Shown in pieces: positions 29,320 to 38,243 of a stretch of 64,000 nucleotides of DNA. A program made the translations under genes and the position numbers. Within the stretch, counting starts at the first letter, position 1; every line of letters begins with the position of its first letter. This DNA comes from Dehalococcoidia bacterium. Lineage in GTDB: Bacteria; Chloroflexota; Dehalococcoidia; Bin125. The stretch is from positions 544,001 to 608,000 of the forward strand of contig CAXXNO010000004.1 in NCBI GenBank assembly GCA_963663235.2, given 5' to 3'. Below the pieces are notes generated by a model that ran no database searches, had not been told where the DNA came from, and worked only from the letters and a program-made list of their open reading frames with translations.

Positions 29320-30659
29320 TGCGCTATCACCTCACCACGCTCGGCTGCCCCAAGAACGTCACGGACTCGGAGCGGCTGGCGCTCGCCTTGGAGCAGGCCG
29401 GACACCGCCCTGTCGAGGCCGGCGACGACGCCGATGTGCTCATCGTCAACACCTGCGGCTTTATCGATGCGGCCAAGGAGGAGTCGCAGCAGGTCACCGG
29501 CGGCCTGGCCCGGCGCAAACGCAACGGCCAGCAGCTCGTGGTGGTCGGCTGCTGGTCGCAACTGGAGGGCGACCGGATCCGGCGCCGTCTGCCCGGCGTC
29601 GATGCCGTGTTCGGGATCGAGGCCTGGGATCGGGTGGTGGCGTTTGTCGGCACGGAGGAGCCGCCGGACATCCCGGAGACGGGGCCGGCGCCCGTTCCCC
29701 GCACCAGCGCGTATCTCAAGATCTCGGACGGGTGCGCGCGGCCCTGCACCTTTTGCAACATCCCGGGGATCAAGGGCCGCACGTTCCGCAGCGCGCCGCT
29801 CGACCGGCTGGTCGCCGAGGCGCAGCGGCTGGCGTCGACGGGCGTGAAGGAGCTGGTGCTGGTGGCGCAGGACAGCACGGCCTACGGCGAGGAGTGGGGC
29901 CAGCGTGACGGCCTCGCGCCGCTGCTAGAGCGCCTGGCCCGCGACGTCCCGTCGGTCCCTTGGCTGCGGCTGATGTACGCCTACCCCGGCCGCGTCAGCC
30001 AGCGCCTGGTGGAAGCGATGGCGGCGATACCCCAGGTCTGCCACTACCTCGATCTCCCCTTGCAGCACGGCAGCCCCACCACACTGCGGCGGATGAAGCG
30101 GCCCCACAACATGGCCATGGTGCATGACACGCTGACGCGCCTGCGCACGGCCATGCCGGACATCGCCATCCGCACCACGTTCTTAGTCGGATTCCCCGGG
30201 GAGACGGCGGCCGAGTTCCAGGAGTTGCTCCAGTTCGTGCGTGAGGCGCGCTTCGATCGGGCAGGTGCGTTCACGTACTCCCCCCAGGCCGGGACGCCCG
30301 CGGCCGAGATGGCCGGCCGGGTCCCCGAGAAGGTGAAGCGGCGCCGGCTCCAGCGGCTCATGGCGGAGCAGGCGCGCGTCTCGCTGGAGATCAACCAGGC
30401 ACTGATCGGCCGCGCGTTCCCGCTGCTGGTGGAATCGGTGGAGGGCTCCATCGGACCGGATGGCGATCCCATCTTCGTCGGCCGCTCCTACCGTGACGCG
30501 CCGGAAGTGGACGGGCTGGTCTTCTGCCGCGGTCTGGCGCGGCCGGGCAGTATGCCGCGAGTGCGGGTGACCGGCGCGCTGGAGCACGACCTCCTGGCGG
30601 AGCCGCTGGGAACGCCGACGGTCTTTCCCCTGATCGAGACGGGCGCGTCGCCGGCCTAA
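29319..30659 (+). CDS. rimO: Ribosomal protein S12 methylthiotransferase
   Basis: LGCPKN..DSE, VNTCGFI..AKEES, AYLKISDGC..CTFC, WLRLMYAYP, DAPEVDG. Confidence 0.96.
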   Translation: MRYHLTTLGCPKNVTDSERLALALEQAGHRPVEAGDDADVLIVNTCGFIDAAKEESQQVTGGLARRKRNGQQLVVVGCWSQLEGDRIRRRLPGVDAVFGIEAWDRVVAFVGTEEPPDIPETGPAPVPRTSAYLKISDGCARPCTFCNIPGIKGRTFRSAPLDRLVAEAQRLASTGVKELVLVAQDSTAYGEEWGQRDGLAPLLERLARDVPSVPWLRLMYAYPGRVSQRLVEAMAAIPQVCHYLDLPLQHGSPTTLRRMKRPHNMAMVHDTLTRLRTAMPDIAIRTTFLVGFPGETAAEFQELLQFVREARFDRAGAFTYSPQAGTPAAEMAGRVPEKVKRRRLQRLMAEQARVSLEINQALIGRAFPLLVESVEGSIGPDGDPIFVGRSYRDAPEVDGLVFCRGLARPGSMPRVRVTGALEHDLLAEPLGTPTVFPLIETGASPA

Positions 30660-30949
30660 AGGACGTGGACCGTTTCGGTCTCGACGTCCCCGATCTCCGC
30701 GTCGACGTGCAACTCCTCGATGAAGTGCAGCACGTGTTGCAGCACGGAGTCGGTCTGCCGCTGCGAGTTGCTGACGCAGACCACGCCGATGGTGGCCACT
30801 GTCCAGTCGTCCTGCGTATCGACCTCGGCGATGGCGACGCGAAACTTGTGCTGCACTCGCTCCGTTACGCGCCGCACCACGGAGCGTTTCCCTTTCAGGG
30901 AGCGGTTCTCCGCCAGGGTGAGCGTGAGGCGCAGGCAGCCGATGACCAT
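30656..30949 (-). CDS. DUF503 (YlxP-like) protein
   Basis: SLKGKRSVV....KFRVAIAEVD.QD.W...IGVVCVSN. Confidence 0.9.
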   Translation of the reverse strand: MVIGCLRLTLTLAENRSLKGKRSVVRRVTERVQHKFRVAIAEVDTQDDWTVATIGVVCVSNSQRQTDSVLQHVLHFIEELHVDAEIGDVETETVHVL

Positions 30950-30971
30950 GGGCGCTCGAGCGCCGCGGCGA

Positions 30972-31775
30972 TCAGAACGTCGGCGGCTCGGCGGCGCCGT
31001 TGAAGCCGGGCAGAGGCTCCTCGGCAAGCGCGAGCGCCGCCTGCTCCACCGGGGCCGACAGTTCCGCCAGCGGCGGCATCTCCTCGATCCGTTGCAACCC
31101 GAAATGGTCCAGGAAGCGCGGCGTGGTGCCGTAGAGGAACGGTCGGCCCGGGCCTTCGGCCTGGCCGACCGAGACCACCAGGTCCCGGCTGCGGAGGGTG
31201 TGCAACGATCCGTCGCAGTTGACCCCCCGCACCGCCTCGATCCCGGTGCGGGTGATGGGTTGGCGGTAGGCGATGATCGCCAGCGTCTCCAGCGCCGCCT
31301 TGGACAGCCGGTTCGGCCGCTCCAGGCCCAGGAACCGCTCGATGAACGGCCCCGCCTCGGGCGCGGTCGCCAGCTTCACCCGCTTGCCCAGGCGCTGCAC
31401 GCGGATGCCGCGGGCGCGGCAGGCGTCGCCGAGTTCCTCCAGCGCCTCCTCGACGGCGCCGGCCGAGACGTTCGTGGCGCGCGCCAGCGCTTCGATCGAA
31501 GGCGCCTCTTCCGCGACCAACAGCAGGCTTTCAAGGACCAGCGCCAGATCCCGGGGTCGCTCCCCGTCCTGCACGCCCTCGCGGATGGCGATCAACACGG
31601 CGGGGCCGTCGCCATTCGGGCCGTGCCCGTTTGACGCCTGGCCGTTGGAGGGGATCACGCTCTCGTGCCCGTTCTCGTGCGCATCCATCCGCAGGTGTGC
31701 GGGGATGTCGGCGGCGGAGGGGTCGTCGGTGGTCGGAGCGGCGTCGTTGGGAGGGGACAGGCGGAGTTCGTCCAT
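30972..31775 (-). CDS. scpB: SMC-Scp complex subunit ScpB
   Basis: LESLL, LSKAALETLAIIAYRQPITR..IEAVRGV, GRPFLYGTT..FLDHFGL. Confidence 0.95.
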   Translation of the reverse strand: MDELRLSPPNDAAPTTDDPSAADIPAHLRMDAHENGHESVIPSNGQASNGHGPNGDGPAVLIAIREGVQDGERPRDLALVLESLLLVAEEAPSIEALARATNVSAGAVEEALEELGDACRARGIRVQRLGKRVKLATAPEAGPFIERFLGLERPNRLSKAALETLAIIAYRQPITRTGIEAVRGVNCDGSLHTLRSRDLVVSVGQAEGPGRPFLYGTTPRFLDHFGLQRIEEMPPLAELSAPVEQAALALAEEPLPGFNGAAEPPTF

Positions 31776-31821
31776 TGCAGGATTCCTTCTGCCGCCACCG
31801 TGCCCTTCCCCAAACCTCGAT

Positions 31822-33162
31822 TCAGGCTAGCACGCGGCCGTGCACCGCTCCAGACGAAACGGAGTCGACGCGAACGCTGGCCAGCCGGTTGCTCAACTCC
31901 GCGCTGGACGCCTCAACGGGGACGTGCACCGGGACGTAGGTGTCCGTAAGCCCCTGCCAGAGCGCTCGGCCGTTGTGGGCCCGCCGTCCCTCGAACAGGA
32001 CCGGCTGCACCGTTCCCACCAGCCGCTCCCGATAGCGCGCCGCGCTGCGCTCCGCCAGCGCCAGCAGCGTCTGCACCCGCTCGCGCTTCACCGGCGGCGG
32101 CACGTCGTCGGGCAAGAGAGCGGCGCTGGTCCCCGGCCGGGACGAGTAGGGGAACACGTGCAGGTCGGCGAACGCGGCCTCCTCACACGTCGCCAGCGTG
32201 CGCTGGAAATCCGCCTCCGTCTCCTGCGGAAAACCGGCGATGACGTCGGTGGTGACGGCGGCGCCGGGAACGGCGGCGCGGATCCAATCCAACGCGCGCA
32301 AGAAGGCGCCCGTGTCGTAGCGACGGCGCATCCGCCGCAGGACGGGGTCTCTCCCGCTCTGGAGCGCCAGGTGGAAGTGGCGGCAGAGGCGGGCGTCCTC
32401 CCACTGCGCCAGGAACTCCGGCGTGACGTCCTGTGGCTGAATCGACGAGTAGCGGATGCGCGGCAGCGCCGTCTCGGCCAGCAGCGCCTCCAGCAGCCGC
32501 GCCGCGCTCGTGCCGTCCGAGCGGTCGCGGCCGTAGGCCCCCGGCTGTGTGCCGGTGAGCACGATCTCCAGCGCCCCCGCCGCTTCGCGCGCCTGCGCCG
32601 CGCGGACGACCTCCGGAATCGGGATGCCGCGCTCCCGGCCTCGCACACGCGGCACGATGCAAAAGGCGCACACGTCGTCGCAGCCCTCCTGGATCTTGAC
32701 GAACGCCCGCGTGCGCCCCGGCGCCGCTCGCGCCGGCCGGCCGGCCGAGAGGGGCCGCGTCCCGCCCAGCGCCTCCAGCAGCGCCGCTCCCGCCCGCTGT
32801 TTGTCCGCGTTCCCCAGCACCACGTCCGCGCCCGTCTCCCTCGCCAGGGCTTCACCTGCGCGCTCCGCGTAGCAGCCCGTCACTACCACGGGGGCGTCGG
32901 GTGAGAGCCGCTTCACCATGCGGACGAGTCGCCGCGCCTTGGCGTCGGCGACGTGCGTGATGGTGCAGGTGTTGATCAGGTAGCCGTCGGCCGGGACCGG
33001 CCGGTCGACGATGGTGCAGCCGGCCCTCTCCAGCTCTCGCGCCAGCGACTGCGTCTCCGCCTGATTGAGCTTGCAGCCCAACGTCAGCGTCGCCACCAAC
33101 GGGCGGCGTCGATCGCGCTCGCTGGGCGCCGGATCCAGGGCCTCGGCGGTGCGCTCGTGCAT
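31822..33162 (-). CDS. mtaB: tRNA t6A methylthiotransferase MtaB
   Basis: TLGCKLNQAET, INTCTIT, RTRAFVKIQEGCDDVCAFC, HVFPYS.RPGT. Start uncertain; 33162 lies 7 nt after TAGCAT. Confidence 0.9.
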   Translation of the reverse strand: MHERTAEALDPAPSERDRRRPLVATLTLGCKLNQAETQSLARELERAGCTIVDRPVPADGYLINTCTITHVADAKARRLVRMVKRLSPDAPVVVTGCYAERAGEALARETGADVVLGNADKQRAGAALLEALGGTRPLSAGRPARAAPGRTRAFVKIQEGCDDVCAFCIVPRVRGRERGIPIPEVVRAAQAREAAGALEIVLTGTQPGAYGRDRSDGTSAARLLEALLAETALPRIRYSSIQPQDVTPEFLAQWEDARLCRHFHLALQSGRDPVLRRMRRRYDTGAFLRALDWIRAAVPGAAVTTDVIAGFPQETEADFQRTLATCEEAAFADLHVFPYSSRPGTSAALLPDDVPPPVKRERVQTLLALAERSAARYRERLVGTVQPVLFEGRRAHNGRALWQGLTDTYVPVHVPVEASSAELSNRLASVRVDSVSSGAVHGRVLA

Positions 33163-33290
33163 CGCGATCATGCTAGCGTCTGGCGTCGCGTCCCGAGCGA
33201 TGGCGGCTCGCCACATCTCCCTCATCTTCTACGATGGAAAAGTCGATGGCGGCGGGATGGCCGTTCTGACGGTTCTGACTGGAGGCGCAT

Positions 33291-33467
33291 GTGCGTGGCA
33301 TTGAGATCCTGCTGGTTCTGGTGCTCGTCGGCGCCGGGCTGTACGCGGCGGGAGTCTTGCCTTCGCCGGGGGTGATGCGCCTCTACTATCGCCTCCGTCT
33401 GGTCGCCCTGATCTGGGCGGCGATGATCATCATCTTCGCCATCAACCGAACGTTCGATATCGTGTGA
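33291..33467 (+). CDS. Small two-TM membrane protein (58 aa), not in ORF track
   Basis: GGAGG RBS 5 nt before GTG; MRGIEILLVLVLVGAGLYAAGVLPSPGVMRLYYRLRLVALIWAAMIIIFAINRTFDIV; stop 7 nt before the glycerate kinase ATG. Confidence 0.7.
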   Translation: MRGIEILLVLVLVGAGLYAAGVLPSPGVMRLYYRLRLVALIWAAMIIIFAINRTFDIV

Positions 33468-33474
33468 CGCCGTC

Positions 33475-34605
33475 ATGCGGGTGTTGCTTGCGCCGCAGGA
33501 GTTCAAGGGCAGCCTCACCACCATCGAGGCCGTCGAGGCGCTCGCCGACGGCGTGCGGCGGGCCGTGCCGGACGCTGAGATCGACCGTCTCCCCTTGGCC
33601 GACGGTGGCCCCGGCACCGTCCGGGCCTTGATCTTCGCGCGGGGCGGGCGCTTCTCCCTCTCCTCCGTGGAAGGACCGCTGGGCGACCCCGTCGCCGCCC
33701 GCTGGGGCCTCATCGATGACGGGCGCACCGCCGTGATCGAGATGGCGGCAGCCTCCGGCTTGCTCCATCTGCCGCCCGAGCGCCGAGACCCCCGGCGCAC
33801 CAGCAGCAGCGGCACGGGTGAGCTGATCCAGGCCGCGCTCGACGCCGGCGTCGAGCGCATCCTCGTCGGCGTCGGCGGCAGCGCCACCAACGACGGCGGC
33901 GCCGGCATGGCGGCCGCGCTCGGCGCCCGCCTCCTGGATGACGACGGTCACTTGTTGCCGCCCGGCGGGGCGGCCCTGGCCCGCCTCGCCCGCGTCGATA
34001 GCTCCCGCCTGGATCCGCGCCTCGATCGCGTCGAGGTGATCGCCCTCGTGGACGTAACCAATCCGCTCTGCGGCCCGGACGGGGCCAGCGCGGTCTACGG
34101 GCCGCAGAAGGGGGCGGATGCCGCGATGGTCGCCGAACTGGATCGCGCGCTGGCCAACTACGCGGCGATCGTCGAGCGCGACCGCGGTGTGGCCGTGGAG
34201 GCGCTGTCGGGCGCGGGCGCTGGCGGCGGCCTGGCGGCGGGGCTGGTGGCGTTCGCCGGCGCCCGCGTGGAGTCGGGCGTCGCGCTGATTGCGGAGGCCG
34301 CGCGGCTCCCGGAGCGGGTGGCGCGGGTGCAACTCGTGATCACCGGGGAGGGCCGCCTCGACCGCCAATCCACGTTCGGCAAGACCGTGGCGGGCGTGGC
34401 CGCCGCCGCCGCCGCGGCGGGTGTGCCCTGCGCGGCCGTGGCCGGCGCCATCGCAGATGAGGAGGCGGTGCACGCGATCCCCGGCCTCACGGATCTCGAG
34501 GCCGCCACGCCCCCCGGGCTCCCCCTCGCGGAAGCGATGCGTCGCGCGCCGGAGCTGGTGTCGGCGGCGGCGGAGCGCGTCGTGCGCCGCCTCCAGGCCG
34601 CCTAG
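33475..34605 (+). CDS. Glycerate kinase (GlxK/GarK family)
   Basis: APQEFKGSL, PLADGG.GT, GGSATNDGGAG, VYGPQKGA, ITGEGRLD.QS..GK. Confidence 0.94.
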   Translation: MRVLLAPQEFKGSLTTIEAVEALADGVRRAVPDAEIDRLPLADGGPGTVRALIFARGGRFSLSSVEGPLGDPVAARWGLIDDGRTAVIEMAAASGLLHLPPERRDPRRTSSSGTGELIQAALDAGVERILVGVGGSATNDGGAGMAAALGARLLDDDGHLLPPGGAALARLARVDSSRLDPRLDRVEVIALVDVTNPLCGPDGASAVYGPQKGADAAMVAELDRALANYAAIVERDRGVAVEALSGAGAGGGLAAGLVAFAGARVESGVALIAEAARLPERVARVQLVITGEGRLDRQSTFGKTVAGVAAAAAAAGVPCAAVAGAIADEEAVHAIPGLTDLEAATPPGLPLAEAMRRAPELVSAAAERVVRRLQAA

Positions 34606-34970
34606 GCCAGCCCCAGCTCGTCCAGCCGCTCGTCGTCGATGCCGAAGTGGTGGGCCAGCTCGTGCAGCACGGTTTGCTGCACCTGCTCCACCACCTCCGC
34701 CTCGGACCCACAGATCGACTCGATCGATTCCTGGTAGATGAGGATCCGGTCGGGCAGCGTGCTGCCGTAATGATGCCCCCGAACGGTCAGGGGAATCCCT
34801 TGGTAAAGGCCCAGCAGCGTGCCGCGCTGCCCGACGCCGGCCGCCTCCAGCTCGTCCGTCGTAGGACGCGTGCGCACGAGCACTTCGACGTTGTCCAGAC
34901 GCTCCGCGAACGTCTCAGGGACCGAGTCGAGCGCTCTCTGGACCAACCGGCGAAATCGGACGCGATGCAT
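34602..34970 (-). CDS. Zincin-like metallopeptidase (Zincin_1/DUF1025)
   Basis: LLGLYQGIPLT, PDRILIYQ, HELAHHFGIDD. Confidence 0.92.
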   Translation of the reverse strand: MHRVRFRRLVQRALDSVPETFAERLDNVEVLVRTRPTTDELEAAGVGQRGTLLGLYQGIPLTVRGHHYGSTLPDRILIYQESIESICGSEAEVVEQVQQTVLHELAHHFGIDDERLDELGLA

Positions 34971-35129
34971 TGGCTATGGCGGGCTCCGGCGCTGGGGCGC
35001 GCCTAGTTTAGCATCGCCGCTCCTATGCCTGCGATTCCTCGCGCGCCCACCGATGATCAAGGTATCTGCCCTGGCTCGGCGCGCCCCAGCGGCCGTCCTC
35101 TAGCCCGGTGCCCGCGGAAAGGCAACGCG

Positions 35130-35603
35130 ATGCGCAGCGCTCTCTGCCGCGCCCTCCGGTCGCTCCACCTGCCGCGTTTGCGGCGGCGCAGCCGTCTGGA
35201 GCGTCTGGTCGAGGAGGCCCTGCGATCCGGCGTCGGGTTGTATCGCCATACCTGGCTGATCAAGGCCCAGCCGGTCGGGCCGCAGGCGCTCACCGATCTG
35301 GCCGAGACCGTGAAGAACTGGTGCGCCCAGGAGATGGGCAAGACCCGCCGCCCCTACGGCATTGACCACATGGCCTTGGGCATCGCCTGCGCGGCGCCCG
35401 GCCGCGATCCGATCGCGAGTGCGACGGTCGGCGTCTTCCGCTCCGCCGACTTCTACCGCGATGGCGGCGCCGGCGACCAGGTGGCGGCGTTCGTTCGCTC
35501 TCTGTCGCTTCCGGCGATCAACGGGGAGCCGGACGCCGTGCGAGTCGCGGTCGCCCTCTTCTCCTGGGGCGACGTTGCCCGCGCGACCGTCTACCGTGAC
35601 TGA
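35130..35603 (+). CDS. Hypothetical protein
   Basis: 157-aa ORF with GC3-rich codons; GAAAGG RBS-like sequence before ATG 35130. Confidence 0.6.
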   Translation: MRSALCRALRSLHLPRLRRRSRLERLVEEALRSGVGLYRHTWLIKAQPVGPQALTDLAETVKNWCAQEMGKTRRPYGIDHMALGIACAAPGRDPIASATVGVFRSADFYRDGGAGDQVAAFVRSLSLPAINGEPDAVRVAVALFSWGDVARATVYRD

Positions 35604-35830
35604 CCGCGCAAGGTCTCCGTGGCGATCTCCTCGGCGATGCGCTGGACCGCACCCCCCTCGCTGGTAAGCGCTTCGCAGATCAGCAGGAGGTCGGGCCGCG
35701 CCACCGTCTCGCCGGCGCGCAGCCCGAGCAGGCGGATCGCCCGATCGACCAGATCGTCAGCCCGGCTCGTCGAACCCACCGCCGGTCGCAGGGCGGCCAG
35801 GAGGTCGTGGCGCGTGCGGATCGGTTCCAT
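35591..35830 (-). CDS. Hypothetical protein (79 aa)
   Basis: Helical-looking ORF convergent with the previous gene. Confidence 0.55.
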   Translation of the reverse strand: MEPIRTRHDLLAALRPAVGSTSRADDLVDRAIRLLGLRAGETVARPDLLLICEALTSEGGAVQRIAEEIATETLRGQSR

Positions 35831-35943
35831 TTATGGAGGATCGCGCCTCCGCGCGCCGTGCAGATCGGGAAAGAGCCGAACGGTCTGGGGAAAGTCCCTG
35901 ATTTGCCCCGATTCGGCCGATCTGGCCCCGGGAGCGGCGGGCC

Positions 35944-38148
35944 CTAGAAGACGATGCCGCTCAGCAGGGTGCTCTCCAGGATCCGCCGGGCGATGGGGCC
36001 GGCATCGTCGGCGCCGGATTCCCCGTCTTCGAGCACCACGGTGACTATCAGGCTGGGATCGCCGATGTTGGCGTAGGCCACGAAGAGGGCATGGCTCTGC
36101 TCCTCCCGATCTTCCGCCGTCCCCGACTTCCCCGCCACCGCCAGCGCCGAGCCGTTGAACGGGACCCAGCCGGTCCCGCGGCGGCTGGAAATGACCAGCC
36201 GCGCCGCCCCTTGCAGGTAGTCCAGCGTCTCCGCGGACACGGGCAGCACGCCGATTGACTCCGCCTCAAACTCCCGCACGGTCTCCCCGTCCGCGGTCCG
36301 CACGGCCTGCACCGCGAGGGGAGTGCGGACGATGCCGTCTGTCGCCATCGCGGCGTAGGCGATGGTGATCTGGAGCGGGGTCACGAGCAAGAACCCCTGG
36401 CCGATGCTCATGTTGACCGTGTCGCCCGTGTACCAGAAATCGTTGCGGTTCACGCGCTTCCAGTCCGGTCCGGGATTGACGCCGGCGGCGTCGTTCAGCC
36501 CTACGATGCCCGTCGATCGGCCGAAGCCGAAGCCGCTGGCGAACTGGCTCAGGAGCCCTTCGTCTTTCGAGTGCAGCGCGGCGCCGATCTGGTAGAAGAC
36601 CGAGTTGCAGGACTCCGCCAGCGCTTCTTCCAGCGAGAGGAAGCCGCTGTCCTCTTCCTTCCAGTTGCGCAGCGGCGTCTCCTCGCCCAGCCCCGTCCAG
36701 ACCGCCGGGCAGTCCAGGCGCGACGCCGCGTCGAAGCCGCCGGCTTCCAGTCCGGCGGCCAGCGTCACGACCTTGAAGACGGAACCGGGCGGGTAGAGCC
36801 GCTCCACGGGCCGGTTCACGAACGGCTGCAACTCGTCCTCGAAGTAGCGGGTGAACTCCTCATCGGTGAGGCCGCGAATGAACGCGTTGGGGTCGAAGCG
36901 CGGATAGGAGGCCAGGGCCAGCAGCTCCTGGCTGCGGGGATCCAGCACGACGATCGCGCCCGCTCGGTCTTCCAGCGCGAACTCCGCGATGCGCTGGACG
37001 CGGACGTCGATCGTCAGATAGACGTCCTGGGCCGGATCCATGGACCGCGCCGCGATCTCCCGCACCAAGCTCCCGCCCGGGCCGATGATCGTGAGCAGCC
37101 CGCCGCGCTGCCCGGCCAGTTCGTCCTCGAAGATCGCCTCCACGCCGTCGCGCCCCACCATGTCGCCCGGCCGGTAGCCCTCCACGGCGCGCTCGGCCAA
37201 CTCTTCTTCGTTGATCTCGGCCAAAAAACCGATCACGTGCGAGGCCAAAGTGTCCTGCGGATAGACGCGGCGCGTCTCGCGTTGCACCAATATCCCCATC
37301 GCGGCCCGTTGTTCGAAATCGGCGATCACGTCCGGATGCGCGTCGTAGGGGAGCCGGGCGACCGGGATGAAGAAGTACGAGGGCACGTCTTGGAAGATCA
37401 GGTCGCGCACGGTCTCCTCGTCGAGTTCCAACTGCTCAACCAGGAGCTCGATCACGGCGTCGATATCGTCGATCAAATCGTGGGCCACGCCGACCACCGC
37501 GACCTGGCCCTGCGTCGCCAGCGGCACGCCGCTCCGGTCGAAGATGTTGCCGCGCTCGGGCACCTCCACGAAGCGATGGACCAGGTGGTCCGGTTCGTCC
37601 AGCCCCACGAAGATCAGGGCCGGGCTCCATTCCACCGTCCAGTTCGGCTGCCGCCGTGTGGCGGCGAACACGCGCTCTTCAATCGGACCGAAGAAGGTGC
37701 TCTCGTAGCGCACGATCACTTCGATGCCGGCCACATTCTCACCCGGCGGCGGCACGATCTCGTAACTCATGCTCGTGATCGAGGCTTCGTTCCAGATGTC
37801 GCGGTAGCGCTCGCTGAACCGCGCGGCGTCGATGCTCTCCCGCACCTCCAGGCTCACCAGCCGGTACGCGTCTTCAAAGCGCTCCGCGGCGATGAGGCTG
37901 AAGAACTTCTGGACGGCTTCCAGGGCCGTCCGGGGTGCAATGGACGGGTCCAGCAGCTCTTCCGGCGGCGGGGCGGTCAGGGATCCATCGTCCTCGGCCG
38001 CCGCGGCGGCATCGGCCGCGGCGTCCTCGGCGCTGGGGAAGAAGCGGCCCAGGTCATCCGTGCTGTCGGAGGCGCAGGCCGCGCCGATCAGGGCGATGCC
38101 GAGGATGATGGTCGCAAGCGCGCGGGCGCGTGGTCGGCGCTCCGGCAT
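35944..38148 (-). CDS. Class B penicillin-binding protein (PBP2/MecA-like), lipoprotein
   Basis: Lipobox IGAAC, NTF2/MecA-like N domain, RGNIFDR, SxxK (GSVFK), SCN and KSG motifs. Confidence 0.93.
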   Translation of the reverse strand: MPERRPRARALATIILGIALIGAACASDSTDDLGRFFPSAEDAAADAAAAAEDDGSLTAPPPEELLDPSIAPRTALEAVQKFFSLIAAERFEDAYRLVSLEVRESIDAARFSERYRDIWNEASITSMSYEIVPPPGENVAGIEVIVRYESTFFGPIEERVFAATRRQPNWTVEWSPALIFVGLDEPDHLVHRFVEVPERGNIFDRSGVPLATQGQVAVVGVAHDLIDDIDAVIELLVEQLELDEETVRDLIFQDVPSYFFIPVARLPYDAHPDVIADFEQRAAMGILVQRETRRVYPQDTLASHVIGFLAEINEEELAERAVEGYRPGDMVGRDGVEAIFEDELAGQRGGLLTIIGPGGSLVREIAARSMDPAQDVYLTIDVRVQRIAEFALEDRAGAIVVLDPRSQELLALASYPRFDPNAFIRGLTDEEFTRYFEDELQPFVNRPVERLYPPGSVFKVVTLAAGLEAGGFDAASRLDCPAVWTGLGEETPLRNWKEEDSGFLSLEEALAESCNSVFYQIGAALHSKDEGLLSQFASGFGFGRSTGIVGLNDAAGVNPGPDWKRVNRNDFWYTGDTVNMSIGQGFLLVTPLQITIAYAAMATDGIVRTPLAVQAVRTADGETVREFEAESIGVLPVSAETLDYLQGAARLVISSRRGTGWVPFNGSALAVAGKSGTAEDREEQSHALFVAYANIGDPSLIVTVVLEDGESGADDAGPIARRILESTLLSGIVF

Positions 38149-38243
38149 CCGTTCTCTCTGTCGCCCCGCCAGATCCTGCCTAAGCGAGTATAGCGGAGCG
38201 CGCGGCCGGTCCGGACCAGACGGGCCGCTACACTCTGCGGTGC

